Sequence record: LC819008.1
Strand: one strand, 5' to 3'
DNA: 64,000 nt
In this document: one piece after another, positions 17,425 through 26,119 of the stretch
How the letters are laid out: the number at the start of each line of letters is the position of its first letter
Position numbering within the stretch: the first letter of the stretch is position 1
The notes under the pieces: generated by a model
What the model was told of the DNA's origin: nothing
Database searches by the model: none
The model's input: the letters and a program-made list of their open reading frames with translations, nothing else
Translations under genes and position numbers: made by a program

Positions 17425-17850
17425 TTAGAACTTGTGGAACTTGGCGATGTGTACGCCGGGAGCATCCTTCAGGTCGTCATAAAACGCACGCTGAAACACC
17501 CGCTTCATCTCTTCAGCAGTTGCCAGCCTGGTACAGTGAATCTCCGGGTCGACGTCGATGTAACCGATCTCGCCCTTAGTCGAGAACCGACCTGCCTCTT
17601 TATCCAGCGACGCCAGTATACATCCCAGGAACCGTTTCGTCTTCTTTTCGAAAACCGACTTGTGGCACATGGGTGGCAAGTTCCACGGCTTTAGGGCCTG
17701 ACAATACTCCTCCTTCGAGACCAACTTCCCGTTGATCCCGAACTCCTGTCCCAATGGTCCCATCCGGAAGAAGTAATTCGGCTTCTCCGCATTCTCCACT
17801 CTGCTTCGAGCCGCATCCGTCAGAACCATGGGAATTCGATGCTTCGACAT
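17425..17850 (-). CDS. Hypothetical protein
   Basis: ATG 17850 after GAGG; overlapped for 251 nt by the QueC-like ORF in another frame. Confidence 0.65.
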   Translation of the reverse strand: MSKHRIPMVLTDAARSRVENAEKPNYFFRMGPLGQEFGINGKLVSKEEYCQALKPWNLPPMCHKSVFEKKTKRFLGCILASLDKEAGRFSTKGEIGYIDVDPEIHCTRLATAEEMKRVFQRAFYDDLKDAPGVHIAKFHKF

Positions 17851-18598
17851 CTTCTACCTCATTGGCGAGATTTAGAGAATTCAAGTACTCCATCCGCTCA
17901 TCGATGGCATCCTTGAGTGTTCGTTTCTTTCGGCGTTCCCAGATAAACACGGTCTTCGCCATGGTCTCGCACGCGACACAGCGTTCGCACGGAACAAACT
18001 TCACATCGTCGGGCTGGTCATCTCCAGCAGCGACAGGAAGTTCACAGATCCAGAGATCCCGAATGATTTCCAACGGCATCTCTTTCAGGATCCGATCCTT
18101 CGAGTGATGTATCAGGGGGAATTCCAGCGGCACCTGTTCGTACCTCGCGAATGCGCTGGTGTGTTGCCAAGCCAACGCCAGATCCCCGAGATGCATTGAG
18201 ATCTGATCCCCCATTACGATACCCATACAGACTTTCGAATGCTTGGTGCCGTTTGTTGCAAACTGCATCCCGAATTGCCACAACGGCGCCTGAGCAAACG
18301 TGTGATCGGGAATGAGGTTATTCCAACTCCTTCTCGTGTGTCCGTCATGCGGATCTTTCTCCATCACGTTGATGAAGTTCCCCAGATCCACGATCGTGTC
18401 CGAGAGGACCCGATTACCGGTCTTCTTCTCGAAGAACTTGATGATCTTCTTTCGGGCTTCCAGTTCCATCGGAATCTTGTCCTGGCACTGCATCGCCTTG
18501 ATGTAACAAGTATAGACGTCACCCTGTTCCAAAGCACGCCAGAGCATGTACGAGGAGTCCAGACCGCCCGAGAATAAGAGAAGAGGTTTCTTATTCAT
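17600..18598 (-). CDS. queC: QueC-like PP-loop ATP pyrophosphatase (7-cyano-7-deazaguanine synthase family)
   Basis: LLLFSGGLDS at the N-terminus (18554-18571) and a Zn-binding C...CERCVAC cluster; lacks the canonical PxRN motif. Confidence 0.7.
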   Translation of the reverse strand: MNKKPLLLFSGGLDSSYMLWRALEQGDVYTCYIKAMQCQDKIPMELEARKKIIKFFEKKTGNRVLSDTIVDLGNFINVMEKDPHDGHTRRSWNNLIPDHTFAQAPLWQFGMQFATNGTKHSKVCMGIVMGDQISMHLGDLALAWQHTSAFARYEQVPLEFPLIHHSKDRILKEMPLEIIRDLWICELPVAAGDDQPDDVKFVPCERCVACETMAKTVFIWERRKKRTLKDAIDERMEYLNSLNLANEVEDVEASNSHGSDGCGSKQSGECGEAELLLPDGTIGTGVRDQREVGLEGGVLSGPKAVELATHVPQVGFRKEDETVPGMYTGVAG

Positions 18599-19406
18599 TA
18601 TTCTTTTCCTTCTTCACGACCGGTTCCTTTTCCAGAACTTCCTGGAGAATCGGATCCAACTTGTGTTCCGGCCGAAGCTTACCGACCTGATACTTGCGAT
18701 GCAGATTGAGCGGATCACCTTCGCCGCGTGTCATCGGAACATTCGTCGGTTTCAAACGACCCGTCAGACATTCGCCGACATAAGGCAAAACTTCCGGACG
18801 ATTCGGATTGACATCAGTTCCTTTGAACTTATCCGAATAGCCGCCGACTTCCATCAGAGGCGGATGATCGGCATCCGGAGGAACAACGCCGAACGACAAC
18901 GATTCATCTGGATTCATCTGACAATCGATTGCGATCGGTGGTCCGATCTTTTTGTACAAATCCTTCATGCCTTCGCTTATGACTGTCTCTCCATGTTCCA
19001 GCGGAACGAAGAAGATCGACTTATTCAGACCACGACCGATGTCAGGCATGCGGCCGATTCGTGTCGGACCAGGAGGTACTACCAGCACCATGTCGCGCGG
19101 ACCAGAGTTCTTCGATGCTTCGCTGATACGTTCCTGGATGTCTATCGGCAAATGAACCGGCAATTCGCCGATAGACTTTTCCAGGTATTTCAGCTGACTG
19201 TTGGGAGAATACAGTTCACTCATGTCTGCGCCAGCGTATTCCATCAGCTCGACGCAGTAATCGAGAACATTGAAACCGTTATCGATTGCTTCAGTGAGAA
19301 CTGTCTTGAGTTCTTCGCAAGCCGCGTCACGTGCTTCCTGGTCAGCTGCTGCTTCGAAACGAATCTTGAACTCGCCCATTTTTTTCTTCAGATCTGCTTC
19401 AGTCAT
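18591..19406 (-). CDS. Hypothetical protein
   Basis: 271-aa ORF coupled to the QueC-like start. Confidence 0.7.
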   Translation of the reverse strand: MTEADLKKKMGEFKIRFEAAADQEARDAACEELKTVLTEAIDNGFNVLDYCVELMEYAGADMSELYSPNSQLKYLEKSIGELPVHLPIDIQERISEASKNSGPRDMVLVVPPGPTRIGRMPDIGRGLNKSIFFVPLEHGETVISEGMKDLYKKIGPPIAIDCQMNPDESLSFGVVPPDADHPPLMEVGGYSDKFKGTDVNPNRPEVLPYVGECLTGRLKPTNVPMTRGEGDPLNLHRKYQVGKLRPEHKLDPILQEVLEKEPVVKKEKNNE

Positions 19407-19416
19407 TTCTTTACCT

Positions 19417-19869
19417 TCATTTTAAAATGATTGAGGACAACGCAGCGATGGCGTATTTATCGCCTGCCATACTTTCGCACGTTGCTCTAAGTGCTTCTAC
19501 ATCACAAGCCCGCTCCATCGCCAGACGTTCATCGTCCGCTTTCATCTGGATGAATTTCAGCTTCGCACGAATGGCGCGGTAATACGGACGGATTTCGTTC
19601 ACACATGCTCTCAGCACGGTCAGGATATCTTTGCCCGGACCATCTTCGTAAAACAGCTTATGCAAGAGAGGCTGGTTTTCATCGTTGGGCGGCAGCAACA
19701 ACAATTCCCGACATACCGCCATGCGTATGTATTCGTAGCGCGCATGAACCGCGGCTACGCTAATGCCGAAATCCTTGCCGACACGGGCAAACCCTTTACC
19801 TTCGAAAACGATCTCTTCGAAGATACCGAAATAGCCATTCAGGTTTTCCAATGTCTGCATGGCGATCAC
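19417..19869 (-). CDS. Putative HTH DNA-binding protein (sigma70 region 4-like)
   Basis: FEGKGFARVGKDFGISVAAVHARYEY HTH pattern. Confidence 0.55.
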   Translation of the reverse strand: MIAMQTLENLNGYFGIFEEIVFEGKGFARVGKDFGISVAAVHARYEYIRMAVCRELLLLPPNDENQPLLHKLFYEDGPGKDILTVLRACVNEIRPYYRAIRAKLKFIQMKADDERLAMERACDVEALRATCESMAGDKYAIAALSSIILK

Positions 19870-20060
19870 CGATTTAGATGTGAGACGAGGGCTTCAGCTT
19901 CGGTCTGCGAATAGACCACAGCGATCTGATCACCATCTTCATCGATGATTTCAAACTGTTCGACATCCTGCAATTCGTCGACAGTTACCGGTTCACCACT
20001 CTCATGCTTGAAGACATGTTCTTCAACTGCGTCTTCATCGATCTTAGCCCATTTGTACAT
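19866..20060 (-). CDS. Small acidic hypothetical protein
   Basis: Start moved to ATG 20060 (MYKWAK), GAGGAG SD. Confidence 0.65.
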   Translation of the reverse strand: MYKWAKIDEDAVEEHVFKHESGEPVTVDELQDVEQFEIIDEDGDQIAVVYSQTEAEALVSHLNR

Positions 20061-20094
20061 TTTGTTACTCCTCAGTTTTAAAAAGACCTGGTAA

Positions 20095-20334
20095 TTACTT
20101 CGAACGTTGCGGCACTTTCGGAAACTCTGCTTCTTTACCATCCGCATCACGAATGATAATGGTCTTCCCGCTCGCCTGTAAATCGACGATGTAGCTATAC
20201 GTACCGAGTGCGTGACGAATCACATCTGCCAAGCCAGTTGCTGCAGTTTGCATCTGAAGCTTTTCAATCTCAACATGCGTTTCGGGCGACATGTCGAGTT
20301 GGAAGCCCTTCTTCTTCGATTTGCTCTTAAACAT
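20095..20334 (-). CDS. Ribbon-helix-helix (CopG-like) protein
   Basis: FQLDMSPETHVEIEKL...GLADVIRHALGTYSYIV...GKTIIIRD matches the RHH pattern. Confidence 0.7.
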   Translation of the reverse strand: MFKSKSKKKGFQLDMSPETHVEIEKLQMQTAATGLADVIRHALGTYSYIVDLQASGKTIIIRDADGKEAEFPKVPQRSK

Positions 20335-20359
20335 TACATCTCCTCAGATTGAATTAGGA

Positions 20360-20375
20360 GGGGAGCCGCAGCTCC
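20360..20375 (-). terminator. Hairpin terminator
   Basis: GGGAGC-CGCA-GCTCCC. Confidence 0.5.
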
Positions 20376-20383
20376 CCATGACT

Positions 20384-21022
20384 TTAATACCGCCACGGAT
20401 TGCGCGGATAGTTATCTGCTTGCCGGTAAGCGTAGTCGGGACGGACATAACGATCCACGTAACCCGTCGGATAACCGCGCGGATACGGACGAACTGCCGG
20501 CTGAATCACTACCTGCGTCGGACCGTAATACGGTCTGTTGTACTGAACGGGCGGCGGTGCGTAATACACCGGCGCCGGAGAACGAACGAGGTGCGGTGGT
20601 TCTTGCTGGACGTATGCTTGTTGCGGATACTGCTGCACATACGGAGGATCGTCGGCGTCGACTTCTGCGACCTGGTTGGGATCATACGTCTGCTGCGGCG
20701 CAGGCGCGTCGGAATACGTGTACGTGCGAGACTGCAACGGAGCCTGGGGTCGTTGCTGTTGCTGCTGATCGTACAACTGCGCGTAATTACGGGCATCGTA
20801 GTCTCCGCGTTGAATCCAACCATTGCGGAATGCTCGGGCACGATCCGACATGGGACTGTCGGGATCTTCAGCGCGATTATCCGCGTTACGAGTCCAGTCA
20901 TCGGGCGTAATCTGCCGAGGCTGTCCATTGGCGTCCGGTACGCTATAAGCGTAGAACGGACCATCGGCCCAAGCCGACATACTGACAAGCAGTAATGCGC
21001 AAAGCGCGATTCGAGTTTTCAT
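20384..21022 (-). CDS. Exported Pro/Gln/Tyr-rich low-complexity protein (PXPV-repeat-like)
   Basis: Sec signal peptide MKTRIALCALLLVSMSAWA-D; QQQQQ and PAPVYYAPPPV tracts. Confidence 0.7.
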   Translation of the reverse strand: MKTRIALCALLLVSMSAWADGPFYAYSVPDANGQPRQITPDDWTRNADNRAEDPDSPMSDRARAFRNGWIQRGDYDARNYAQLYDQQQQQRPQAPLQSRTYTYSDAPAPQQTYDPNQVAEVDADDPPYVQQYPQQAYVQQEPPHLVRSPAPVYYAPPPVQYNRPYYGPTQVVIQPAVRPYPRGYPTGYVDRYVRPDYAYRQADNYPRNPWRY

Positions 21023-21049
21023 TTTTCTTCCCCGTGTTTTAAAAAGGAA

Positions 21050-21604
21050 TTACTTCTGCTTCGGAAACAGATAGAAGATCGCCAGAAGCCTGCAATCTTT
21101 ATCCAGCTTGATGGACTGGTTGCCGAGCAACAACCGTGAAGCGTTTTCGAAACCACGACTGCATGCCGAGATATAGTCGTCCATGGACATGATCATCGTG
21201 CCAAAGCACTCAGTCGTTCGGACCACCGAGTCATCAGACTCTGAAGCGAAGTTCAGAGGACAGACCTTTTGATCGATGGGATCCGAGTCGGTGTGAACCG
21301 GACAGATCCAGTTGCTCCCCCGCTGATCCTGAATCACCATGAAAGCACAGAGATTTCGGATCTTGTTTGTGTCTTTATCCAGATACTCCAAATATTCCCC
21401 TTGTTCACGGGCCTTGAGGATATCCTCATAGATCGTGGAGAAAGTATCGGAGTCCATGATCAACTTCCCGAAGAAGATCAGCGGATTCTGCAGAGGCTCG
21501 GGATCTTCCTTAAGCAGAAGGGAATTCTTCCACTGTATCGCCGGGCCGGGATTTACGGGTTTATCTTTCTCGTTAGGTTTATTTACAACAGGGTTCATGA
21601 TCAC
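21050..21604 (-). CDS. Hypothetical protein
   Basis: 184 aa; GTG 21604 or ATG 21598. Confidence 0.65.
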   Translation of the reverse strand: MIMNPVVNKPNEKDKPVNPGPAIQWKNSLLLKEDPEPLQNPLIFFGKLIMDSDTFSTIYEDILKAREQGEYLEYLDKDTNKIRNLCAFMVIQDQRGSNWICPVHTDSDPIDQKVCPLNFASESDDSVVRTTECFGTMIMSMDDYISACSRGFENASRLLLGNQSIKLDKDCRLLAIFYLFPKQK

Positions 21605-21723
21605 TCACCTGTAATTATTTTAAAAACGGACTGTCCTTTTGTTAGGACAGGCTTTTCCCCCCAGGTTCAAACATTATCGCAGACGAGTTAGTTTTACTCG
21701 CTTGTCTACAGAACTTCAGTTGG

Positions 21724-21731
21724 ATGATATA
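21724..21731 (-). promoter_or_regulatory. Possible early promoter variant (TATATCAT)
   Basis: TTTCGGAAA-TATATCAT, same context as the other copies, just downstream of a terminator. Confidence 0.4.
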
Positions 21732-21758
21732 TTTCCGAAAAGAAATACAGCAAACATA

Positions 21759-21789
21759 ATCCCAGGGAACCCTTTCGGGTCCCTGGGAT
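21759..21789 (-). terminator. Hairpin terminator
   Basis: ATCCCAGGGAACCC-TTTC-GGGTCCCTGGGAT. Confidence 0.7.
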
Positions 21790-21814
21790 TACATATTGTT
21801 TTACTTCTGCCTAC

Positions 21815-22258
21815 TTACGCAGCAGGCGGCGGAGTACCAGCAGCCGGTTGTGCCGGCGTCTGTGGAGCAGCAGCCACCGGCGGTGCAGCGGCCGGCGTAA
21901 CAGCGGTTGCCAAAGCCTGTGCAGCGACTGCGGTAAGAGTGGCTTCAGCGGTAGCGACAGTCTGCGCATCATTCGCAGAGGTTGTCAATGTATCGAGATG
22001 CTTCTGCTTTATCAGTCGCGAAGCTGCGCCGACAAAGGAGATGATCGCGATCAGGTGCGCGAGTTGCGGAGGAGCACTTGCACCGGTCAGCAGACCCGAC
22101 TGGAGAGCCAGGTTGTACAGATCCGGAGCAGCGCCTACGATGGCGAAGAACCACACCGAGTACATCGTGTAGAACTTGCGCCATTCGGTGACGAGTTCGA
22201 GACCAATCTTGTTCAGACCGGCTTCGATCTTATCCCCGAGTGCGGAGAAAAAGCTCAT
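21815..22258 (-). CDS. Holin-like membrane protein
   Basis: VTEWRKFYTMYSVWFFAIVG pattern of phage holin-like proteins; two hydrophobic segments; Ala/Pro-rich tail. Confidence 0.5.
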   Translation of the reverse strand: MSFFSALGDKIEAGLNKIGLELVTEWRKFYTMYSVWFFAIVGAAPDLYNLALQSGLLTGASAPPQLAHLIAIISFVGAASRLIKQKHLDTLTTSANDAQTVATAEATLTAVAAQALATAVTPAAAPPVAAAPQTPAQPAAGTPPPAA

Positions 22259-22269
22259 GGTTACCTCAC

Positions 22270-22872
22270 TTAAGAAAGAACTACGATACCAACGTCCTTG
22301 ACACGGAGTTCTCCGTTGGGCGGATAAACCATGACGTGAGGAACATTAGCTGCATACTGACGAACGGTTTCATCCGCGTCGTCTCTTTGCCTGGCTTGCT
22401 CGTAAAACCATTTGGTCTTGCCGAGATACTTCTTGCACTTGGATTCCATTGCTCCGGGACCCGTGCCAATGAAACCACGAGCGCGCATTTCTTTGTAGAA
22501 AGCACGCAGCGCCATTTCACGTTGTTGTCTTGTCATGTGGTACCAATCGAAACGATCGGACCACTCATCCATCTCCGGAGTCTCAACGACTTCGAATACC
22601 ATATCGTGCGGCATGTCAGCCGTATCCACGATATGCATGTAGAGTTTTTGTCCAGACTTCCAGAACTCGTGCTTATGCTCGAAGATCCTGGCAATGTCTT
22701 TATCAGGAATTGGTTCGATGAAAAGCGAAATGTGGTCGTAGTAACCACCCGGCATTCCATAGAGAGCCTGATCGGTCACATCCTTCTTGATTGCTTCAGG
22801 AGAAAGATGATGAGTCAGTCGGCTCGTCTTAAGAGTCGCGTATTTCGCTTTCGAGTAATGATAGAAAAGCAT
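22270..22872 (-). CDS. Conserved jumbo-phage hypothetical protein
   Basis: Start MLFYHYSK at ATG 22872 (TAATG overlap); YYDHISLFIEPIP motif recalled from phiKZ-like phages. Confidence 0.7.
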   Translation of the reverse strand: MLFYHYSKAKYATLKTSRLTHHLSPEAIKKDVTDQALYGMPGGYYDHISLFIEPIPDKDIARIFEHKHEFWKSGQKLYMHIVDTADMPHDMVFEVVETPEMDEWSDRFDWYHMTRQQREMALRAFYKEMRARGFIGTGPGAMESKCKKYLGKTKWFYEQARQRDDADETVRQYAANVPHVMVYPPNGELRVKDVGIVVLS

Positions 22873-23357
22873 TACTTGATGTCGAACGTCTTGGTTCCGT
22901 CGCCTTCCTCTTTCGGAGGTAGGACTTCCCACTGAACGAGGATCTCGCGCAGTTTCACCCAGTCAACGCAGGGTTTACCGTTATTACCCACCTTGAGCGG
23001 AATGCCGATACCAGCATCATCCACATAGATGGAAGCGTAGACTTTGGGAGAATTGGACCACTTCTCCTGCTCGGGGTTTTCGTTGATCCCCCAAAAGTCG
23101 ATGTTGTTCTTGTTGCAGTAGACGACAGCTTCGTGCAGCTTGTCTTCCGATCGCATGGTCAGAAGAATGATTTTGATACCCACCTTCTTCAATTCTTGCA
23201 GGACCTCAATAGCCCCTTCGTTCGGTTTACCGATGTACGGAAAATCGTTCTCGACGATGGTGCCGTCGAAATCCACCGCGAAGATAGTCTTTTCGAATTT
23301 CTTCTGCGACTCTGCTTCGTCGACCTGCGTCACTTCGTTAGTGTTAAGCCACGGCAT
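22872..23357 (-). CDS. HAD-superfamily hydrolase (BT0820-like)
   Basis: IFAVDFDGTIV motif I, ILLTMR motif II, KVYASIYVDD motifs III/IV. Confidence 0.85.
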   Translation of the reverse strand: MPWLNTNEVTQVDEAESQKKFEKTIFAVDFDGTIVENDFPYIGKPNEGAIEVLQELKKVGIKIILLTMRSEDKLHEAVVYCNKNNIDFWGINENPEQEKWSNSPKVYASIYVDDAGIGIPLKVGNNGKPCVDWVKLREILVQWEVLPPKEEGDGTKTFDIK

Positions 23358-23408
23358 ATCTTCACCCTGTTATTTGTCACAAGATCAGCCAAAAAAAATA
23401 TAGGACAT

Positions 23409-23438
23409 AGAATGGATGGGCTTTCGCCCATCCATTCT
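23409..23438 (-). terminator. Hairpin terminator
   Basis: AGAATGGATGGGC-TTTC-GCCCATCCATTCT, 13-bp perfect stem. Confidence 0.75.
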
Positions 23439-23448
23439 GTACATCGGG

Positions 23449-23796
23449 TTACTTCCCTTCAGCAGCCATGCGCTCGCGATTCTTCCGACGGATTTTCACG
23501 ACCGTCCGGATACACACGAGAGCATGTATCAGGCGATCTCTTTCGGTCTGAGTGCGAGCTTTCAACGTAACGCCACGAGGAACCATGACTGAAACGGGAG
23601 CGTTGTTTTCGTCACGGTATGCATACTCATACCAGCCTCGCCCGACTTTAGCAGTCGGTTTCATCTTAAGCGTACAGGACCTCGAATAACCTGCAAGATC
23701 CTTATCCGTAACATTGCTACGGATTGTTGTGCTGAAACACGGAGTATGTGTTCTAGCCAAACGTTTCAAACGCAGACGGGAATGACTAGCTTTCAT
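23449..23796 (-). CDS. Basic hypothetical protein
   Basis: 115 aa; starts immediately after the upstream stop. Confidence 0.6.
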   Translation of the reverse strand: MKASHSRLRLKRLARTHTPCFSTTIRSNVTDKDLAGYSRSCTLKMKPTAKVGRGWYEYAYRDENNAPVSVMVPRGVTLKARTQTERDRLIHALVCIRTVVKIRRKNRERMAAEGK

Positions 23797-23797
23797 T

Positions 23798-24268
23798 TTA
23801 TTGCTCCGTGATCAGAACGTATTCCCATTTATCGGCGTTGGGAATGCACCGGTCCTCTGCTGCCTTGTAGGCTTTCGCCTGATCCCACAGCGATGACTGT
23901 TCGATCAGAGTGTGAATGATAGAACATGCCGTGCCAACTTTATCGTATTCTTCACGCGACAGAACACGAATCAGTTTGTTCCTGCTGTCCCAGGATTTGT
24001 GAACAATTTCCTGAGCTTCTTCCAGGATATCCTGGATGCCGACAGACTCGAAGTTCTTGAGCAACTCCAGACCCACATACATCCGGATCTTCAGCGTAAT
24101 GCGATCGCCCAGGTTGGCGAAACCATCACGATAGGCGAGCAGCCGGAAGTAGCAGTTCAGCGTCATCGTAGTGGAATCGTCTTCCGAGTACTCGAACGTC
24201 TTTGCCGAGTATTCGACGATGTTATCTTGCTTCGGACGGAAGCCTTTGCGGATTTGTGCTTTAGCCAT
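23798..24268 (-). CDS. Hypothetical protein
   Basis: 156-aa ORF within the operon. Confidence 0.7.
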   Translation of the reverse strand: MAKAQIRKGFRPKQDNIVEYSAKTFEYSEDDSTTMTLNCYFRLLAYRDGFANLGDRITLKIRMYVGLELLKNFESVGIQDILEEAQEIVHKSWDSRNKLIRVLSREEYDKVGTACSIIHTLIEQSSLWDQAKAYKAAEDRCIPNADKWEYVLITEQ

Positions 24269-24279
24269 GTTGTATTATC

Positions 24280-25164
24280 TTACTTCGTTTTAAAAAGGTT
24301 TACGACGTTTTGGGGTTTGGGACGCACTTTCAGATCCGGAATGCTCTCTTTCGTTTGCATCAGAACCTTGGTAGCCCAATGGAAAACTTTTGAGGGTTTG
24401 TCTTCCGTATAACCACGCGGAATCGAAACACCAGTCGCCATGCTAAATGCCATAGCGCATTGCCGGAAGAAAGTTTCGTCCAGCAAATGGTAGAACTTGA
24501 CCAGATGGGCGGGATCCTGATACAGGCCGTGCAATTCTGCCTGATGGATGCTGCCAATGATGCGATCCAGTTCGATCGTGTTGAACATCTTGATCGGCCA
24601 GTCAGCGGGCGCTTCTTCGTCCGTATGGTAGACGATGCGATCACGCTGGGTAATCACCATCGAGACGAGATAGTCCAGCACCTGCAGACCTTCGTAAGCC
24701 ATGCGCTTCGGGATATGAGAACCCGTGAACATCGCGTTCGCATTGAAGTACGAGATCTGGCTAAGCTTCGCCATGATGTTAGCCGAAGTCTCCATCAATG
24801 CCGTGCCGAATTCTTCGTCACCTGGACGCATAGCACGAGCTTCGATTTCGTCGATTAGTAGCTTCGACATAGGCTCGCGTGCAAGAACCAGTTGTTCTAC
24901 TTCCAGCAACCAACCAGGCTGAACCTGAGTCGGATAAACTGCGACGCCTTTGAAGCCGAGCGTACGATGCTGGATCAGACCATCCTTACCCGGCTTTACC
25001 GCTTCGAGTACAGGAGGTGTAATCTCACTACTTCCCATCCATTCATAAAGGCGAACGGAGTTAGATGACTGATGGAACTTGCCATCGAAGTCTTTAATGC
25101 ATCCTTCAATGCTTGGTAGTACATATTCTTGTTGTCCGAGATTGATTGTCAAAGGTGTGTTCAT
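24280..25164 (-). CDS. Hypothetical protein
   Basis: 294 aa; TAA-ATG abutting the upstream gene. Confidence 0.75.
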   Translation of the reverse strand: MNTPLTINLGQQEYVLPSIEGCIKDFDGKFHQSSNSVRLYEWMGSSEITPPVLEAVKPGKDGLIQHRTLGFKGVAVYPTQVQPGWLLEVEQLVLAREPMSKLLIDEIEARAMRPGDEEFGTALMETSANIMAKLSQISYFNANAMFTGSHIPKRMAYEGLQVLDYLVSMVITQRDRIVYHTDEEAPADWPIKMFNTIELDRIIGSIHQAELHGLYQDPAHLVKFYHLLDETFFRQCAMAFSMATGVSIPRGYTEDKPSKVFHWATKVLMQTKESIPDLKVRPKPQNVVNLFKTK

Positions 25165-25698
25165 TTAATAACTCCGGTTCGATAGGCGCTGAGCCGTTAC
25201 CACGTTTTGTGGAAAGTCATTCAGTTCGTCGAAATGACTCTCATGTACGTCCACCCTGAAGGTGAAGTTATTGATCTTGGTGATCTCGGTGACAGCAGTA
25301 AGATCACTCGTGTAATGAGGATCGTCCTCATGACCACGAGGCATTTGGTGAGGCGCGAAGTAATAGCCTGCACCTTGCAGTTCTGAAAACACTTCTTCAC
25401 CGCAGAACAGAATCAGATCTCTTAAACGATCTCGATCCAGATGGGAGAGATGGTATCGACCAATCCCAAACTGACTCATGATGCTGTACGACAGATCTTC
25501 GAGATTCTGCTCGCATGCAGCCATCGACCGCGGAAACATTGCACACGCAGTCATGACTTCTTCCATGAAAGCATAGAACGTCAATGCTCTCAGAAAGCGT
25601 AGATACTCAGGCCACGGTTCACGGGCTGCTTTTTTAACTTCATTCTCGTACGCGTCGTAGGAGCGTTTGAGCCTTATAACAAAAGTGAGATGTGCCAT
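25165..25698 (-). CDS. Hypothetical protein
   Basis: 177-aa ORF. Confidence 0.7.
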   Translation of the reverse strand: MAHLTFVIRLKRSYDAYENEVKKAAREPWPEYLRFLRALTFYAFMEEVMTACAMFPRSMAACEQNLEDLSYSIMSQFGIGRYHLSHLDRDRLRDLILFCGEEVFSELQGAGYYFAPHQMPRGHEDDPHYTSDLTAVTEITKINNFTFRVDVHESHFDELNDFPQNVVTAQRLSNRSY

Positions 25699-26107
25699 TT
25701 CGCAGGGGATGTTTTACAACGATTGCAAAATTGGAACGAGAGACTGGAATGACCCTGACGGGTCGAGTTCCTCTCTCACGGATGTAATCGAAAAGATGAA
25801 TGTCTTCAAACATCTCCACGATAGATTCGCAGATTGCGTAAAGAATACCGCAGATCTTCACATACGGTTCGTCTTGCGAGAAAACGTATTCCTGGATAAT
25901 CCCCTTATCGTAGAGTTTACCGATCAGGTACTCAATCTCATTTATTTGTTGCCGTGCTTCTTTAGCATTTTCCATTCCTTCGGTCAGGAACTTAACTAAC
26001 TCCTCCAACAGATCGCGACGGTTAACGTCCTCGAACATTCCGGTCGTATCGAAACGACGTATATGGCGATCAATGTTGAAGATCACACCGAATCGATATT
26101 TCGCCAT
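25640..26107 (-). CDS. Hypothetical protein
   Basis: Start moved to ATG 26107 (MAKYRFG), downstream of the hairpin. Confidence 0.7.
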   Translation of the reverse strand: MAKYRFGVIFNIDRHIRRFDTTGMFEDVNRRDLLEELVKFLTEGMENAKEARQQINEIEYLIGKLYDKGIIQEYVFSQDEPYVKICGILYAICESIVEMFEDIHLFDYIRERGTRPVRVIPVSRSNFAIVVKHPLRNGTSHFCYKAQTLLRRVRE

Positions 26108-26119
26108 GATTACCCAATT

